Part shown: piece by piece, positions 58,897 through 64,000 of the stretch | Layout of the letters: each line of letters begins with the position of its first letter | Numbering within the stretch: the first letter of the stretch is position 1 | Assembly: GCA_012295275.1 (NCBI GenBank) | Contig: CM022677.1 | Location: 1,860,001 to 1,924,000 of the forward strand | Length of the DNA: 64,000 nt | Direction of reading: 5' to 3' | DNA from: Chrysomallon squamiferum | Lineage: Eukaryota > Animalia > Mollusca | Translations under genes and position numbers: made by a program | Notes under the pieces: model-generated | Seen by the model: the letters and a program-made list of their open reading frames with translations, nothing else | What the model was told of the DNA's origin: nothing | Database searches by the model: none

Positions 58897-60053
58897 GTAG
58901 TAATAGTAGTAGTAGCAGTAGTAGTAGCAGTCTATGAAGAAATTTTTTATAATTGTAGGTTTTACAGTAATATTCTGTTGACTCAGTCTATGAAGGAATT
59001 TTATATACTTGTATGTTTTTGCAGTAATACTCTAATCTGTTATTGCTCAAATTTTAAAAAATTCAGAGTTAATCACTGAAAATTAAAATTTAGTTATTAT
59101 TATTGTTGTTGTTGTTATTATTATTATTTGGTATTTATTATTCTTGAATATATCATTATTTCTTTCTTTTCTTATTTTTTAACAACTTATCTGTAACTAA
59201 ATGTTTTTCTTGATTCTTGTGTATCTTTTCACCACATATATTTCTCTGTTTCAGGCTAAATCAAAGTTACAAAAATACCTCGTGTGGATCATTTTATCAA
59301 GTTTATGCGGAAGGTCAGAAGTGATAGGAATAGCTGAATCCACTGAAAATTAACTCAAATAGATATGTTTGTACAAAGGTAAGAATTTTGAAATTCTCCA
59401 ACCACAGAACTGAACATATTAGAGCTTCACTGGACCAGTTATTGGACAACATAATTGTCGTTTTAAATTTCTTTAATTTGTAATAAAAAAAAAAAAAAAA
59501 AAAAAAAAAAACAGATAATAGAAATATGAAGAAATAGTATTTGATTAACATCTAGTATTAGTTCAAAACAAACGTGTTACAGCCTTAAATAGAAAATTGC
59601 AAGGTATATAATATTGAATCTTCTATTTACAAAACATATATTTATAAATGATTGAAATAGTTATTATTGCCAGAGTAAATTTAGTTTGAATTACATGCCT
59701 CTAAACTAGGTATAGTAAGTATAGATAGATATATACAGACATACATGTTGAAGGGACAATATTTATTTAAAAATAACATCCAACTACATTTTTTTACATT
59801 TCAGCATTTTGTTGATAAGACTGGACAGTTATTTCCTGACCGATGACTAGCAGATCATTTTACTTCCCACCCACAATCAGCCAGGAAGCCACCTTCAAAA
59901 AGAAGAAGTTAAATATGGCTACTCAAGGGTAGGTTTAATTAGTTTAGCTTTGATTTGAAACATGTGCCAACCTTTTTTTTTTTTCTTACATCTGTTCCAG
60001 TCTTCTTCATGCATAAGTAATCAATTCAAAACTTTCTTTATGAACCACAATCT
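56372..60053 (+). repeat. Copy 2 of the second duplicated block, with a 1.3-kb extra segment and lacking the 3.2-kb segment present in copy 1
   Basis: 56372-56890 matches 29659-30186, 58234-58920 matches 30186-30850, and 58928-60053 matches 34050-35143. Confidence 0.92.
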
Positions 60054-60829
60054 ACAAAAATATTCCACTAAACCAATACCAGGGGACTAATCATTGTACA
60101 ATCTTATTATAGTAAATTTTTTAAAATGCAATACATTTTTTTTCTATTATTACAAATGTGTATCTTTGTAAACAAAGCTTTTAACATTGCTTGTAATATT
60201 TAATTAACAGTTAAATTATTGCTAATTATATTTACTGACAGTACGAAATAAATAGAGAATTGCACAGTACAAGCCAATATGTTGATGTTATTTATTTAAA
60301 TTAATGCTAACTGCTGCATTTTTGCATATTTTAAATGTTAATTTTTTTTTAATTTAATGTTTTTGTGGCCATGTTTTTAATGTGACATGATTAACATAGA
60401 AAACAAGAGATATGCAGTTTTGTATATTTACTGCACTGTTGTTGTTTTTTCAGACAAGAAGCTGTTCTGTGTGTGGAGAATGAAGACTTTGAAGATAATG
60501 TTACCAAAGAAGTAGAGGACAGTTTGATATGTGATCCAGTCAAACACATTCAAATAGTAAGAATAAACATATACAAAATGTGTACACACATGACAATGCA
60601 AACACATTTATTTCCAGACTGCAAGTTTACTTTATATTGTGAGATAAAAAATGGTGATGCACATGTGTATTTTACACACAAACACAGACAGAGAAGAAAA
60701 ATACCTCTCATTTAAAAAGTACATTTATTAGCATAATAATATTAAGTAATAAAATTCAGCACTGAATTCACAGTGGTTTCACTTGTTGAAAATAAATGTC
60801 ACACAATCTGTTTAACACGTTCTGCATAA

Positions 60830-61470
60830 AAACAGAAATAATCCTGTAACAAACAAATCCTTTCTTCTGGACACCACAAATTCACTCAAATCAGCTCCAG
60901 ACACCAGTAGTTGGCCCTGGACTTGAGAATAGCACATGTGGTCCTCTCTCACATGCAGTAAGTCAGTATTTTCAAGATAAAAACTGGGGAAAGCAGAAAA
61001 ACTTTTTCAGAGATCTCTGGCTGAATATGAAGACTCGATTGGTCCAGTTCTTTCCTTTCTCACACACCTGTCTATCAGTTGTAGCATTTAGAACTCAAAA
61101 AGCTGAATTCACAATCAGGTCACATCATGAACATGGTTAGCTGCTTTTTTTTATGTAATGTTCTACACCCTCTTTTCAGTATTCTTGCATAGTTAAATAT
61201 TTTTGTTCTAATTAAAGATAATAAAAATTAGTCTGTGAAACTTTACCTTTTAAAATAGTTAAAAAATTGGGATCAATCGATCGTTCTTTCCACCTTTTAG
61301 CCCAAAGAGAACTGCTGGCCTGATCTTCATTCAACAAACAATGTTTGTTAGTGATTTTAGTGATCTGACCTGCATACTGATCACTAAGAGTCACTATCAG
61401 AGGCTGTATAAACTCGAGATTTCACACACAGTTCCAACATGTTATCTTGCAAAGTTTCTAAAATATTTTG
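60830..61470 (-). pseudogene. Degenerate YqaJ/lambda-exonuclease-like nuclease, probably from a TE accessory gene
   Basis: Minus strand reads EDQASSSLWAKRWKERSI (compare T..Q..S..W...R..RITAS) and DHMCYSQVQGQLLVSGADLSEFVV at 60872-60943 (compare H.YY.QVQGQL..TG...CDFVV). Confidence 0.72.
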
Positions 61471-61999
61471 TCTGAAATAATAAACAACAAAACATTAACA
61501 ATTAATTAAATGTAGTGAAACTGACACATATATACTGTCAGCAGATCTGTTAGAGCAATTTGAAGGAAGTTATTTTGAAGAATTTTTCTCCCTCTGTTTG
61601 CAAGGTAAAACTAACCAATATATATTTATGAAATGATAACATGCATTTAAAGCTTTAATTCACAAAAGGCGTTTTTTTTTATGTTTCAGGGGTTGAACCA
61701 ATGCATTTCTTGTTCTTAGTTGTGGAGAATACAATTCTGAAAACTGATATTAATATGAAGAGGAAGCTAATGGAAAGTCAAAAACAGTATAAATTGTTGT
61801 CCAAACAGAAAACACTTACTTTTTCAGTTGAAGTTGTTGCTCAAGATAAAAAAAATAAAAAAATATAAAACAACTTTTAAAATATTATACTGTGTTTGAT
61901 ACAAAATCATTTTTTGTCATATTTAAATTCCTTGTACCCAAATGTACTATTTTTACATATATTGGGAAAGGGAATATTTCCCTAATAAACAGCTTCTCT

Positions 62000-64000
62000 T
62001 TAGATAACCTGTTATTTCTTACTCTGTGTAAGCTGTTATTTCTTACTCTGTGTAAGCTGTTATTTCTTACTCTGTGTAAGCTGTTATTTCTTACTCTGTG
62101 TAAGCTGCTATTTCTTACTCTGTGTAAGCTGCTATTTCTTACTCTGTGTAAGCTGTTATTTCTTACTCTGTGTAACCTGTTATTTCTTACTCTGTGTAAG
62201 CTGTTATTTCTTACTCTGTGTAAGCTGTTATTTCTTACTCTGTGTAAGCTGTTATTTCTTACTCTTTAGATAACCTGTTATTTCTAACTCTGTGTAACCT
62301 GTTATTTCTTACTCTGTGTAAGCTGTTGTTTCTTACTCTGTGTAAGCTGTTATTTCTTACTCTGTGTAAGCTGTTATTTCTTACTCTGTGTAAGCTGCTA
62401 TTTCTTACTCTGTGTAAGCTGCTATTTCTTACTCTGTGTAAGCTGTTATTTCTTACTCTGTGTAAGCTGTTATTTCTAACTCTGTGTAAGCTGTTATTTC
62501 TTACTCTGTGTAAGCTGTTATTTCTAACTCTGTGTAAGCTGTTATTTCTAACTGTGTAAGCTGTTATTTCTTACTCTGTGTAAGCTGTTATTTCTAACTC
62601 TGTGTAAGCTGTTATTTCTTACTCTGTGTAAGCTGTTATTTCTAACTCTGTGTAAGCTGTTGTTTCTTACTCTGTGTAAGCTGTTATTTCTAACTCTGTG
62701 TAAGCTGTTGTTTCTTACTCTGTGTAAGCTGTTATTTCTTACTCTGTGTAAGCTGTTGTTTCTAACTCTGTGTAAGCTGTTATTTCTTACTCTGTGTAAG
62801 CTGTTGTTTCTTACTCTGTGTAAGCTGTTATTTCTTACTCTGTGTAAGCTGTTGTTTCTAACTCTGTGTAAGCTGTTATTTTTACTCTGTAAGCTGTTAT
62901 TTCTTACTCTGTGTAAGCTGTTATTTCTTACTCTGTGTAACCTGTTATTTCTTACTCTGTGTAAGCTGTTATTTCTTACTCTGTGTAAGCTGCTATTTCT
63001 TACTCTGTGTAAGCTGCTATTTCTTACTCTGTGTAAGCTGTTATTTCTTACTCTGTGTAAGCTGTTATTTCTTACTCTGTGTAACCTGTTATTTCTTACT
63101 CTGTGTAAGCTGCTATTTTTTACCTGTGTAAGCTGTTATTTCTTACTCTGTGTAAGCTGCTATTTCTTACTCTGTGTAAGCTGTTATTTCTTACTCTGTG
63201 TAAGCTGTTATTTCTTACTCTGTGTAAGCTGTTATTTCTTACTCTGTGTAAGCTGTTATTTCTTTCTCTGTGTAAGCTGTTATTTCTTACTCTGTGTAAG
63301 CTGTTATTTCTTACTCTTTAGATAACCTGTTATTTCTTACTCTGTGTAAGCTGTTATTTCTTTCTCTGTGTAACCTGTTATTTCTTACTCTGTGTAAGCT
63401 GTTATTTCTTACTCTTTAGATAACCTGTTATTTCTTACTCTGTGTAAGCTGTTATTTCTTACTCTGTGTAAGCTGTTATTTCTTACTCTGTGTAAGCTGT
63501 TATTTCTTACTCTGTGTAAGCTGTTATTTCTAACTCTGTGTAAGCTGTTATTTCTTACTCTTTGTAAGCTGTTATTTCTTACTCTGTGTAAGCTGTTATT
63601 TCTTACTCTTTGTAAGCTGTTATTTCTTACTCTGTGTAAGCTGTTATTTCTGTTATTTACTCTGTGTAAGCTGTTATTTCTTACTCTGTGTAAGCTGTTA
63701 TTTCTTACTCTTTGTAAGCTGTTATTTCTTACCTGTGTGTTATTTCTGTTATTTCTTACTCTTTGTAAGCTGTTATTTTTACTCTGTGTAAGCTGTTATT
63801 TCTTACTCTGTGTAAGCTGTTATTTCTTACTCTGTGTAAGCTGTTATTTCTTACTCTGTGTAAGCTGTTATTTCTTTCTCTGTGTAAGCTGTTATTTCTT
63901 ACTCTGTGTAAGCTGTTATTTTTACTCTGTGTAAGCTGTTATTTCTTACTCTGTGTAAGCTGTTATTTTACTCTGTGTAAGCTGTTATTTCTAACCTGTG
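62000..64000. repeat. 24-bp satellite (CTGTTATTTCTTACTCTGTGTAAG)n, about 80 units, running off the window
   Basis: Direct reading of the sequence. It produces the spurious LLFLTLCK ORFs. Confidence 0.98.

Noticed and set aside
61892-63934. LLFLTLCK repeat proteins
   Set aside because: These are translations of the 24-bp satellite, with no unique coding flanks.

Overview
This is AT-rich, microsatellite-dense eukaryotic DNA from an invertebrate-type genome (a mollusc or other lophotrochozoan is my inference), with two 200-N scaffold gaps (20767-20966, 43580-43779). The only intact genes I can support are two tandem, same-strand, two-exon BTB-BACK-PHR genes (BTBD1/2/3/6-like Cullin-3 adaptors) at about 1.15-2.7 kb and 24.9-26.5 kb. 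They are almost identical in the BTB/BACK region, intron and proximal 3' flank. Their C-terminal region, mainly the PHR domain, differs in dense patches of amino-acid changes. Between them lies a degenerate DDE/CxxH (hAT-like) transposase bracketed by ~1.1-1.4 kb inverted arms built from a non-LTR-retroelement RNase H fragment, and a third arm copy lies upstream. The rest of the window holds a decayed multi-exon LRR gene, a second rearranged duplication (29.7-35.1 kb vs 56.4-60.1 kb), TE fossils (Tc1, piggyBac, L1/Tx1, YqaJ exonuclease, hAT MITEs), a tRNA-like repeat pair, telomere-like tracts and several mini/satellite arrays. All translations and alignments were done by eye, and no database searches were run.
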